From assembly GCA_002256025.1 (NCBI GenBank), contig NKIB01015326.1, forward strand, positions 1 through 36,517: a stretch of DNA of 36,517 nucleotides. Reading direction: 5' to 3'. This document shows positions 11,806 to 23,854 of the stretch, one piece after another. The notes beneath the pieces are model-generated. The model was not told the DNA's origin, ran no database searches, and saw nothing but the letters and a program-made list of their open reading frames with translations. Made by a program: the position numbers and the translations under genes. The stretch's first letter is position 1. Each line of letters opens with the position of its first letter. Source of the DNA: Asterionella formosa (Eukaryota).

Positions 11806-11880
11806 CCACATCAACGTGCTCCTGTTCTGAAATTCTCACTCCTGCCTCCACATCAACATGCTCCTGTTCCACAATTTTCT
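11806..11880 (+). repeat. 42-bp tandem duplication
   Basis: ccacatcaacgtgctcctgttc and ccacatcaacatgctcctgttc. Confidence 0.75.
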
Positions 11881-12265
11881 AAACTGCCAATAGTACTAGC
11901 TAGTCATACAATATAAAATATGGTTCTGGCACCTATTACAACATCAAAATATATTTCAATCACACTTTCAGTTTACTTTGTTCATTCATAGAATACATAG
12001 ATGATTGCTGCAAATGATAGCTGTGGTTGTTGATCAAGAAATTATTTGATTGGATTCACAAATATAGTTAGTTTCCCCAAAAAATTATGTGGGGTTCTAA
12101 AATAAATTATGGAAGTTGTCAAAACTAATTTGGTTCACTCTTATCATGTATATATATAATGATGCATCATATTTTTTTATGTGATGTCATACCCTTAAAT
12201 TACGTATGCAGCCAAATTCACCATTTTGGGCCAACCAAACAATTAATTTGGATGATCACATTTGA

Positions 12266-13092
12266 GGCCATTGCTAACGGTGGACCAAAACGCCAACCAA
12301 ACAGTGTTTTGGTTTCGGTAACCCTAAAAAACGATGCTATAGGGAGTGAAAAACCCAACGCAAACGCATTACATTTAGGGGATTCCGTGCCCATGTCCCA
12401 ATAAGTTATCCAAATGCATTACATTTAGGTTTTCTTCTTCCAAAGTTAGTACCTAAACGAAGGATTCCATATTGACTACTTTGAAGTTAGTCACTAGAAA
12501 CCCAATTATTATCGTCGTAGAATCACTTTATAGAGGACACATCATATACCGGTATATCATTTATATGTATACAACAATAGCTATATGGTACCGGTACTCT
12601 GGAACCAGGTACCATGGTATCATACTGGCGAGAACAACAACAACAACAAATCATCGCTGATTTCTCCACAATCAACAATCAAGGATGAGCGGCAATCGAC
12701 AGATGTTGTTCTGTTCTTGTTGTTTTTGTTTTTGTGTACCTGGTACCTGGTAATATGTACTTGGAGTATATTTACGGCACTTACGGTATAGTATATATAC
12801 ATACCGGTGTGTAGTTGGATGACAAGACAGCAGCATCGCTCAAATTGCGGGAAAAACTAACTAATTCCCAAATAGGAATCATGATATTTCATTTGAAAGA
12901 GTGGTCAAATAGAAATTTTTTACTTTTTTTGTGATGGTTTTGTCATCCTCCATCACAGTAGATGGGTGGTTGACAACATTTAGGATTTCCCAAAAACCGA
13001 TAGCATTGTTTTTGCGTCCGTCTGACCAAAACCAAAACCAATCCAAAACTAAGGTTTTGGGTTTTGGTTTGGGTCAACGGTTAGCAATGGCC
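12266..13092. mobile_element. PIF/Harbinger-like non-autonomous element (827 bp) with 3-bp TGA TSD
   Basis: TIRs ggccattgctaacggtggacc and ggtcaacggttagcaatggcc. TGA at 12263-12265 and 13093-13095. Subterminal similarity aaaaacgatgctat / atagcattgttttt. Non-coding interior. Confidence 0.8.
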
Positions 13093-14255
13093 TGACTAGC
13101 GTTTTTTCTGGTCCTTCCTTGCAGTCTTCTTTGTTCCTGTTTCCGCATTTAGAGTTGTTCCTGTTGTCGCATTTTTATTTTCATTGTGCATCCCAAAGCT
13201 ACAGAATTGAAATGCTTGCAAAGAATTTGCTCATTCTACATGCACTACCACTGCTGACAGTGGCTTTGCCATCATTACATGAAGATAAAGAACTTTTTGG
13301 GAACTTGTTCAACACATAGTACTCTTTATCACTGCTGTCTCACATTAATATCCCGACATGCATCAAAAGTATATGTTGATCCTCCCAAACTGCGAAATGA
13401 CAAGCACATGGATTCATCAATGGAAATTTCCCGCCTGTTGCTTGTTCTTCTAGAAGAAGCTCATTCTGTTTAACCAATTATGAAGCAACAAGCCCTGGAG
13501 CAATGAGGTTTCTCAATAATTCATAAGCAAATATAGACATTCTTAAACATTGCACGAAAATTGACAGCGTCAAGTGGAACTTGAGCGTGAATTGATTTTG
13601 AAATGAGTAATAAACTTGTAAGTCTTCTGTGGCAATAATCTTTGAACATTTCCGTCCTTTCTTATGCTTCTCTGTAGTCGCCATCTCTTGTAGCTGTTGC
13701 CAGTTGATTATAATAGCGGCTAGGGCACCAGCATACCCCAAAACCGCAAAGAGTCTTGGCTGAAGTTGTCCATTGATGAGGACACCTTGCTGAGATAATT
13801 AACATAACATTAGTATCTACTGATTGGTGAATTCATGTGTGCATGCATACCAGGAAATTCCGGGAAATAATTTCACAGAATATCATGGGACAGTTGGGAG
13901 CAAAAACCATGCTGACACATTCACAGATTATCAGCAAATTCATGATGAAAAGCGGCACCCTACAAGAATTGACAGACAATTGTGATAAAATGTCTTACTT
14001 CATGCCATGTTTTATGAGACTTTTTTGAGCCCTAAGAGATGGAACCTCATTTGATAATATATATCCATCACTTAAGCGTATGTCGCCCAATGCTGTTTTA
14101 CAATGGCCAGATACCCAAATCTTTGCAGGAAAGCAAATTATGAATTTTACTGTGTCAAGAAAGCAACAAGGTGGTCATGTCACTTGTCATGGTAGAAACC
14201 TCAATACCATAGGCAATGTACTTTTGGTACATAAACTCCATATTTCTATCCAAAA

Positions 14256-15269
14256 CTATAACCTTGCCTTTGGTACAACCTTTCGTATCGCTTTTATACA
14301 GAACTCCAGAACAGGTGGAACCATTTGTGGATGAACAACGTAATCATGTTTAAGTTCAGGAATGAATAACCATTCAATAGATTTTGGTATCAAATTACGT
14401 TGCTGAAGATCGTGTAGATCATGGGCGTGAAATAATGGGGCCCATTGATCACCAGCAGCAAACAATATTTCTAGTCGACAATGTGACCCCAATATCCGCA
14501 AGGCGCTTTCATCAGTTTTCTGAGGTAAAGCACGAATCTCTTCTCCACCTAGTTCGAAAAGGTTCCTTGCAAACGTGGGCAATCGAACCAAATCTACAGC
14601 CACATTCCGTGCATCTAAACCTGGTACAGTTTTCGCCAGCAACTGGTCGACCTTTTCGCGAGGTAATTTGGACATGAGAGTAAGAAGCATTCTCCCCAAC
14701 ATAATTGCCGAATCACAGTGCTGAGCTACGGAATTCAGCACTATCTGCTGAGAAAAAGGAGCATCCATTCGTATGAAGGGCATCAAATGAATGATGAGAA
14801 TAGTTCTCTTGAGAATATCAGGCCGCAAGACACACATTCGCTGGACCAGATGACTCCCAATGGAATGGGACAGGAAAATGAATCTAGGCATTGTATCCCA
14901 TTGTGCCACCAAATCTCGTAAAAGTTCATCCATATAAGCAATTTTGTGTTGAATTTGCCCATCCACAGTCCAAGCTACGTTAACGTTTCTTGCGGACGAG
15001 CCTTCGAATTGTTCGACATTCGTCATTTCCTTAGTCAAGCCATGGCCTGCATAACTCAACCCGCGAGCTGAAAATCCAGGACCTAATTGATCCAAGATTT
15101 CTTTCAGCATAGGAGCATACCAATGAATTAGACCAGGATTGCCTGGGACAAAGACAAGGATTGTTTGGGGCATGCTTACTTCGCCATTCTCGTCAAGGAA
15201 GTCGATTGATACGGTGTCTGTTGGAAATTGGAGGATCGTTTTCACTTCGTTTGTCACTTTCACCCTCAT
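14256..15269 (-). CDS. LDAH: Lipid droplet-associated hydrolase-like alpha/beta hydrolase (337 aa)
   Basis: ILVFVPGNPGLIHWY, LSYAGH, QIQHK, nucleophile elbow SHSIGS, GDQWAP and C-terminal KHDY match LDAH/C2orf43 family motifs. Confidence 0.88.
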   Translation of the reverse strand: MRVKVTNEVKTILQFPTDTVSIDFLDENGEVSMPQTILVFVPGNPGLIHWYAPMLKEILDQLGPGFSARGLSYAGHGLTKEMTNVEQFEGSSARNVNVAWTVDGQIQHKIAYMDELLRDLVAQWDTMPRFIFLSHSIGSHLVQRMCVLRPDILKRTILIIHLMPFIRMDAPFSQQIVLNSVAQHCDSAIMLGRMLLTLMSKLPREKVDQLLAKTVPGLDARNVAVDLVRLPTFARNLFELGGEEIRALPQKTDESALRILGSHCRLEILFAAGDQWAPLFHAHDLHDLQQRNLIPKSIEWLFIPELKHDYVVHPQMVPPVLEFCIKAIRKVVPKARL

Positions 15270-16716
15270 CTGTCGTCGTTATTTCTTTTATCGGTCGGCA
15301 ACTTCAAAGTCTATATACTTAAGGTATGGGGCTCTCAAGCAATGCATTCGTGGCTTTACCTACCGGTACATGAAATATATTTTTGTAAAATATACTTCGT
15401 CATTCATAATATCACCAAGTTCAAGGAACTAACCGTGTGCATTGCGATTGATGGGGCCAACACTAAACATACCGGTATATGGTACCCTGGTACCACCACC
15501 GCCTAAAAGCTATAAGCCTATCGCTACGGCGACTTTTGAACTGTAAGCCACCACTAAACGGAGTAAACGCACGGTTTGAACTTACCAGTAGTTTGCAAGA
15601 TATGCTATTTTTAAGTGCTTGTCACGAAAGAGTTGTTCAAATTTATATAGCGAGTAAATACTTACGTAGTTATATTCATTGTTCATTATTTTTTCATTAT
15701 TAGGTATTATTGCCCAAAGGTTGCTGTCAACACGAAATTGCGAAAAATGCACATTCTTTTCACTTTGACTCTATTGAGCAAGCATCACCTTTTATAAATG
15801 TATCCAGGTACTAGAGTGTTCCTTGGCTAGAAAACTAGTTTGTATCCCAAAAAAATTATTTAATATTGCTACCACAACGTCATTGCACTTTCTCTCATGT
15901 GCCATACCAGTCATAAAGAGACAAATTCACGGATGGAAAACGTCAATTAGGAATTCCTGCATCACCCATCACAATCATTCGTGGAAAGCACCTTGACAAG
16001 GCAAAGCCTTGCCTCAAAAGAAGCTGTCTCCTGAGGAGCTGGTCAGCGTTCAGCTTTGTCTTAACAATGTGATTAGGGAGCTACAAGCAAAGAGGGCTAA
16101 CAATGGTGGAAAATGCCTTACAGTGCTATTTCTGGGACAGTATTAGCTAAGCAACGCATTTTCCCTTGGACATCTGTTAACCAAGAGAAGAAAACAAAAA
16201 GGCAACAAGAATTCAATAAACTTCGCGGAAAAGTAATTACATTGAAGGAACAGAACAAAACAAAAGAACAAAAGTATGTGGCAGAATTGAAATTAATGGA
16301 GTGTGTTGGTACAAACAATCAAGTGATTTGCTGGTTCCACAAACAAGGTTAGCTCTAATTACATGATTCGACGACACTAATCACTGTGTTGACCAGCAGC
16401 CGCCATTCCCTCTCCGTATACCCCCTCCTGCTGTGGTTGTTGCTGCTGTACCTCCTCTGTTGCTAATATTTTTCCTGCTACGACTGCTACTTCTGATCCA
16501 CCATTCCGTGATGAAGTTTGAGACTCCACAAGTAATTGGATGCGAAGCTCGTGACTTATGTTGTGCATAGATGAATTCTCTGACAATCATGCTGCCCTGC
16601 AAAAGTGTAAAACGTAAAGTAATAAGATAAGAAATTTTGTAGTATAAACGGAGTAAAAATAAACACGGTTTGGAGAAGAAAAAAAAAAATATATATATAC
16701 AGATAGAAAAACATGC

Positions 16717-16923
16717 ACTGTAAACTACTGATATGCGACAATCTTAGTGACTTTGGAAAAATTATATCTTCATGGCTCGATATACTGAATCAAAACTGAT
16801 TCCTTAATAGTGTAGCAGAGAGCATCATCTAATATACACTTACTATTTGCATCAAGTTTTGATTGTTGTATTATATAAATATTTTTAGTCGGAAGATATT
16901 GTAAAATAACGGCGGTTTACAGT
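16717..16923. repeat. Degenerate fold-back of about 205 bp
   Basis: Nested pairs actgtaaac/gtttacagt, acaatctt/aagatattgt, aatcaaaactgat/atcaagttttgatt and agtgta/tacact. Confidence 0.7.
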
Positions 16924-17119
16924 TTTAAGTGGTGGTACCAGAGTACTACCAGTATATTATAAACAGCACTCCAGTACAGTACACGTGAATACTTTATTAA
17001 CTAATAAATATTTTACACCATCATATGCAATTACCGGTCCTCCACCTGGTACCTGGGTACCAGTAAAAAACTGCCATGACCCATTTATAATTCTTTTGTA
17101 CTGCTCTGACCTCTTGAAT

Positions 17120-18230
17120 GCAGAATAACACGTTTTGCTATCAAAACTTACGTAAATGGGAATTCTGAGAGTTCTGGCTCCTTCCCGAGCATATACCGGT
17201 AGACTAGTCAGCTATGTAATTAGGTTGAGATTTGGAGCAAGTTGTTCATCTCGATAGATTGCCTGAAATGGTTCGATTGACCAAAAAACCATGAAGAACA
17301 AGGATTAGGGTAAGTTTAGAAGTCTCCACGTCATATGATATACGATAATCAATATAACATTTTCGATATTGATTTGAACCTTAACCTCATTTACAAAAAT
17401 TTATTTTTTGTCTTCGTATTGACTTCTACGGCGATGGCAAATTATTTAGGCGCGCTGCATCATCATGCATATGCGTCATGTTTGGATACAGGTACACCAG
17501 GTAGGGAGTACATACCAGGTTTTCAAAGAAGATGTTTAACAACACACATGGCAATCGCTTTAACACATGACCTAATCCATCCTCGAAAATGTATATAAAT
17601 TTATATGCATTTATCTAGAAAAAAGTATATACTGCCGTGACCCATTGAAATCACTTTGTAGCGGCTGTTTTATAATCATCGTATCTTCTGATGAAATCGT
17701 TCAATGAAAATTTTAACATAAGAGCTTGATTGATCGATGCTGCTCTGACACTATCGAACAAACGGGTCCGCAATTTGGAGGTTAAATTCACCTTTAGTCG
17801 GAGGAGCCAAACAAACACCCTAGCTCAATGGGTCATGGCAGTTTTTTTACTAGTACTGGGGTACGACGCTGTCAATGTATATCTGCGTATGTATATCCCA
17901 GTATTTCGTTCCGGTAAAATACTGCCTAGCTAGACCCATCATTTAGAACGCGCTGCTCTGGGAGTTGCGGTAAAAGGACAATTGTTACTAGATACCGGGA
18001 AACGACAAGAAAAACACGACAGTGTGCACTCCTTGCTAATCTATTGAAGGCTGAATAGCACTATTTGCTATCAAAACATTCATACATACTGTAAATTCTA
18101 AGAGCACTGCTGGCTCCTTCCTGAGCATTTGATGGTACGCTATTCAGCTATGATAGGTATGTACTACCAGGTAATTAGTTTGAGATTTGGAGTCAGTTGT
18201 TCATCTGTATGATGTACATGATTGCTGAAG
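17120..18230 (+). repeat. Diverged direct repeat pair (about 17120-17270 and 18050-18230)
   Basis: Shared blocks in the same order: tttgctatcaaaac, ctggctccttcc.gagcat, tcagctatg, gtaattag.ttgagatttggag, agttgttcatct. Confidence 0.8.
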
Positions 18231-18232
18231 GA

Positions 18233-18413
18233 AATACATGCCCGAGGTGGTCTTGTGCCTGCCAGTATACATGTGTTCGAGGCTGGGTGGCACAAGTAGA
18301 TTGACCTTACGAGTGGCGCCCCCAGCACTGTAAGAAGGTCATCCTGCGAGTGCCATCCCAGCCAAGTACACATGCATGTATACGAGAAGGCATGTAGCCC
18401 CCTGAGGCGTATT
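18233..18413. repeat. GC-rich imperfect fold-back of about 180 bp
   Basis: Nested pairs tgcct/aggca, gtatacatg/catgtatac, ggctgggtggcac/gtgccatcccagcc, tgacctt/aaggtca and agtg/cact. Confidence 0.75.
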
Positions 18414-18971
18414 ATTGAGGCAATTCACAAACTAGTTATTGTTGCGCCATTTGCTTGCATACTGCCCACTCATTGAGTATAAATGTCAATTTCAGCTTGC
18501 TATAGCCCGCCATTATATAAAATATATTTTGTATATTTCGTACCTTCACATCGAAATTTGCAATGGTTCCAGTATTTCCCATCATTAAAACATATTTGGT
18601 ATAGTTCAAATGTTCGCATTCCGGCAATAAATTTTATGCTGATTGCCCCTCAGTTTTCCAGCCCTGGGATTGCTGAAATTGGCAAGGGGACTACTTAAGG
18701 AAACCATTTTATATACTCTACAGATTTGATTAAAATATATCTATTATTCACCTTGTTATTGTTCGTCGCCAGGAAAGTGACTCCGGCAATTCACCTTTCA
18801 CCATGCTGATCATCGTTCCTCATGACCAGTCTGAAGCGAAATGGGTTTATTGATAACACCAGTAGCGATTCATTGTCAGCTAAATGCTGCGGTTGGTTTT
18901 TGGATTCCTTGTCTTCTTGTTGGATTCACGTAGTCGCATTGTACATATTTCTTTGGAATGATGATTATGAT

Positions 18972-19314
18972 TGTTGGAAAAATGCGAGCTGACTGCCACA
19001 GGACAGGAGTGAGCGAAGGGTATAGTAGAAACGAGAGAGAACAGTACAGTAAAGCCGGTACCAAGCTGTACCTGGGCTGACGTGGTAAAAGGCACGACGC
19101 AAGCAAAAGCAATCAGAGGTCAGGAAATGTTAAAATGCAATGTGAGTAATAAGAGTGTTTCGTGACCATTATCTCGAAACAATCCAGTTAGTACTAAAGT
19201 GAAAGTTTAAGTTGACGACTTCTTCGTTGCTATCAATTTCATCAACTGTATTCGATTGACACAGTACTAGGTTCAAGGCCTACAATACGGTCGATTACGG
19301 TAGTTGAACCAACA
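18972..19314 (+). repeat. 5' LTR (343 bp)
   Basis: tgttggaaaaatgcgagc...gttgaaccaaca. Carries a 46-bp segment (19081-19126) absent from the 3' LTR. Confidence 0.95.
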
Positions 19315-19328
19315 TTGTTTCGAGATAA
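19314..19328 (+). promoter_or_regulatory. Primer-binding site position, complementary to the element's own LTR rather than a tRNA 3' end
   Basis: attgtttcgagataa is the exact reverse complement of ttatctcgaaacaat (19169-19183). No TGG start. Confidence 0.8.
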
Positions 19329-22139
19329 AAAGAAAAGAAAAGAAAAGGAACCAGCCGTTTTGAGACTCACATGGAAGGCTGGAGTTTCGACATCTCAATC
19401 GCGGAATTGAACATTTTATAGATTCGAGTAGCGCAGCTTAGGGCCGCAGCCACCAACAATCAAGGAACCAACAGCAACAATTTGAAGAGATTTGTTTTTG
19501 GCTTCTAAAACAGATCAAGTCGATTACTTTACAGTTCGATCAGAGCAGGAACGGTTTCATTGCACTTTTGGACGCTCAGACCAGTTTCCTCACTTGTCGT
19601 CAGTTACAAGGACAGTCCGCAGAAGACTACGTTGAGTGTTTGCAAGGATGGGCTGAGACCATCGAGTACCATGGCGGCACCGTGGCAGCAAATTATAAAC
19701 TGGTACCCTTCCAGGATCAGGACGGGAATGGGTGTAGTATTGAAGAGCGAAAGGAGGTCGCGCGTGAACGCACCCTCGCAATCGCTTTGATTCGAAGTGC
19801 TGACCCCACCAGGTATGGCACCCTCATCGCTGACCTATCAAACCAGTATGCAATGGGAAATGACCAGTACCCCACCGATTTGCTGTCAGCCCAAAGCCTG
19901 CTTGTCAACTACAGAACTCCAATGAACACCAATGTCAGGACAGATACACCACGCACCCAGCCGACTGGAAGCCCTGAGGCCAGTGCAATGACGTTTGGGC
20001 AACGCGGCGAAATCGCAGGCAACAATGGAGTGGTACACGATGGCATCATCTGTTACAACTGCCAAAGCCTAGGACACTACGTGGGAGACTGCCCTGACAG
20101 GCAGGGATCGACGACCTCAGGCACTACATTGATGCAGTATGCATACATGCTTGCACAGGCCGGCGACCCTGGTATTGATCCTAAGTGGATCCTTCTCGAC
20201 TCGCAGTCGACAATCTCCGTGTTCAAGAACGCCGACATGCTCAGCAACATCCGGCGTAGCTCTCATGTACTCAGGGCGCTCACAAACGGGGGTTACCAGG
20301 ACTCCAACATGGTAGGAGATTTTCCCAACTTGGGTAAGGTTTGGTACAATCGTGAATCAATTGCCAACATCCTCTCCCTTGATGAGGTGCGCAAGGTATG
20401 CCACGTCACCATGGACTCTGCGGACAAGCCAGCGATGCTTGTCCATAGACTCGATGGAACTGTGATGAAATTTTTTGAGCACCCCTCAGGACTATATGTG
20501 TTTAGTTGTAACAACGATACAAACGACAGTGTTACAGGTTATACCATGCTATCCACAGTAGCAGAACAGAAGAAACTATTCTCACGACGTGAAATTCAAT
20601 CAGCCAATGCAGCCAGAGATTTGTATAGAAAGATCAGGCGGCCTGCCGAGGCGGAATTCCAATCCATCCTATGGAACAACTTGATTATAAATTGCCCAGT
20701 CACGCCAGACGACGCCAAGCGCGCCCTCATTATTTACGGTCCAGACATCGCTGTCATAAAAGGTAAAACTACGCGGTCGCACGCTGCCCCAAGAGCGCCA
20801 ACATTTGTGGCTGAACCGATTCCTGCCCCAATCCTGGAGCATCACCACAACGTAACATTGTGCGCCGATTTCTTCTTTGTGCAGGGTCTACCATTTTTTC
20901 ATACCATCTCACAGGGCATTGGTTTCCGAACCGTGGACCTGGTTCCCGACCGGACCAAGACTACCATTCTATGCAAGATTCGGAGTGCGGTCCGCCTCTA
21001 CCCCCACCTACGCGGTTTACAGGTTCGTGATGTGCACGCTGACCGTGAACTCGAGTGCGTTTGTGAGGACTTGCAACCTATCGCATTAAACATTGTACTT
21101 GCCGACAGTCACGTTGGTGAAGTGGAACGTTCCATCCGATCCATCAAGGAGCGACTACACTCGTGTGCACACGGCCTACCTTTCAAGCGTCTTCCACGGG
21201 TGATCATCAATCATATGGTGATCGATGCCATTCGATGTCTAAACCAGTTCCCATGTGCAAACGGCATCTCAGACACCATGAGCCCTGCATACATTGTCAC
21301 GGGCGCTGCCAACCCAGAATACAACCAAATGCGCATTGAGTTTGGGGCCTATGTCCAAGTTTTTGAAGACAATGACCCATCCAACAGCCTTCAAGCGCGT
21401 TCCCTCGGGGCAATTGCCCTTACCCCCACTGGCAATGCCCAAGGTGACTACTACTTCATGTCTCTTGCAACCGGAAATAAGATTTCCCAACATAATTGGA
21501 CGGAGTTGCCCATGACAGACACCGCCATTGCCCGCATGGAGGCGCTCGCGGCACACAAGGGGCAGCCCCCCATCCAGGCCAGAGGCCTAGTTGTAGAATG
21601 GCGCGCCGATCACCACATTGACAACGACGAATACGACCGGGACTATGAGCCTGCCGCACGCCAACCTATTGACGATTTTAACCCTGCGGATTTTGATGCC
21701 ATCGATGATCACGAAGTTGCCGATCTGCTCCATGATGGGCCACACCCTACGGCTTTGGACGATGCACCGCTAGTCGAGCCAAATCCAGGAGACCCAAACA
21801 CGATCGATATTGATGACGTCGCGCTTGTCTATGATGACTACATACAACAATAACACGACGAAGACCACCAAGGAGCGCACCTGGAACAAGGGGCGCCTAT
21901 CGACGAAAACCAAGGAGCGCCTGTGGAAGAAGCAGCGCTCTTTGAAGAAGCCAATCAAGAAGCGGGCTCTGACAACGACTACGAGGTGGCAGACCAAGGA
22001 GCGTTGGCGGAAGAACACAGACCATATAATCTCCGACAATGGGCAGCCACAAGTGAACAGTTCAAGCAGGCAATTGATGCACCGCATAGCAACAAGTCAT
22101 ACTTTCCACACCAAGACAGTTTGTCCAACTCGGATTTCG

Positions 22140-22200
22140 AACAATGATGCCATATGCAGATGACGGACTCCAAACAACGATGCCATATGCAGACGACGAC
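22140..22200 (+). repeat. 33-bp tandem duplication in the INT-RT linker
   Basis: aacaatgatgccatatgcagatgacg and aacaacgatgccatatgcagacgacg. Confidence 0.85.
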
Positions 22201-23840
22201 ACAAGTAAACATATTTTTGGGTATGTAATGAACCAGATGACCGCGAAGGCGGGAATAAAGAAACACGGGAACGCCCTGATGAAATAATTTGCACAACTAG
22301 AGAAGCTGGATGTGTACGAACCCGTAAGCGCGAACTCCCTTACCAGGGAACAGAGGATGGGAGCGCTCCGAGCCATCAATCTCATCAAAGAGAAGAGAGA
22401 CAGGCGCCTCAAGGGGCGTACAGTAGCCAACGGGAGACCGCAGCGATCACTTTATGACAAGTCGCAGACGGCATCTCCAACAGTATCCACTGATGCACTC
22501 ATGTTGTCCATCATGATTGATGCACATGAAGGAAGAGATGTCGCCACAGCAGACGTGGTGGGTGCGTATTTGAAAGCAGATATGGATGATTTTGTTGTTA
22601 TGAAATTCACTGGTGAATCAGTCGATATATTATGTAACATGAATCCAGAGCACACGAATTTTGTGTCCAACGAAAAAGGAAACAAAGTGTTGTAGTATGT
22701 CAGGCTAGTGAAAGCGATTTATGAGTGCGTCAAGTCTGCCCTACTATGGTATGATTTATTCCACAACACCCTAAAAGAGATGGGTTTTGCGTTAAACTCT
22801 TACGACTCTTGCATTGCTAACTGCACAATCAACGGGAAGCAGTGCACAATTGCGTGGTATGTAGACGACAACAAGATTTCGCATGTGGACCCAGACGTCA
22901 TGACATCAATTATCGAGAAAATTGAGGAGCGCTTTGACAAAATGACTGTCACCAGAGGAACAGAGCATATTTTCCTGGGTATGCACATATGATACACAGG
23001 CAAGGGCACAGCTGTCATTACTATGAAGGAATAGCTTCCTTTGAGCAAGTCAGGGATGGAAATCACACGGGAAGTGGCCACGCCAGCCCAGAAGTGTCTA
23101 TTTGAAGTGGATGAGGAGTCTCCATTTTTGAGCCAGAAAGAAGCCGAGATTTTCCATAGTGTGGTGGCCAAACTGCTTTACATTTCGATCAGGGCAAGAG
23201 TGGATTTGCTATTGGCGGTCAGTTTCCTATGCACCAGGGTTTTAAAGCAGCCACCAAACAAGATCAGAGAAAGCTACGACGGGTGTTGGAATACATCAAT
23301 GGAAGTATGGATGTGGAATACACCATTGTAGCCGATGACATGGGCAAGATGAGTTCGTGGGTGGATGTGGCATTTGCCGTGCACCCTGACATGAAGAGTC
23401 ACACCGGAGGCGTGATGTCTTTTGGAACTGGAGGCATCGTATGCAAGTCGACCAAGCAGAAATTGAACACAAAGAGCTCGATGGAGGCTGAATTTGTGGG
23501 TGCCAGCGATTATCTCCCAAACATGCTGTGGGTAAAAATGTTTCTTGAAGCACAGGGATACAAGATCCAAGAAAGTTTCTTCGAACAAGACAACGAGAGC
23601 GCAATTAAACTCGAAGAACGGACGAATTTCGGCAGGGCCAAAGTCTTGGCATATCAACATCCGCTATTTCTGGATTAAGGATCGATCGGTAGATGAAGGA
23701 ATCACCATTCGCCATTGTCCAACGTTGGAAATGTTGGGGGATTTTTTATGAAAACACTGCAAGGAAACCTGTTCAGAACATTCCGGGACGTGCTTCTAGG
23801 AGCTGCACACGTCGATACCCTGACTGCCAGTTCCCTGGCA

Positions 23841-23854
23841 ACAGCCGAGGAGCG
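23841..23854 (+). promoter_or_regulatory. Putative polypurine tract
   Basis: acagccgaggagcg lies immediately before the 3' LTR; only moderately purine-rich. Confidence 0.55.

Noticed and set aside
13478..13741. Harbinger transposase N-terminus as a feature
   Set aside because: Only a short weak motif; no DDE core could be traced.
19315..19332. Canonical tRNA-Met PBS
   Set aside because: It does not begin TGG and is explained by complementarity to the LTR.
21851..21853. Programmed stop-codon read-through in pol
   Set aside because: The element has several other stops and frameshifts, so decay is the simpler explanation.
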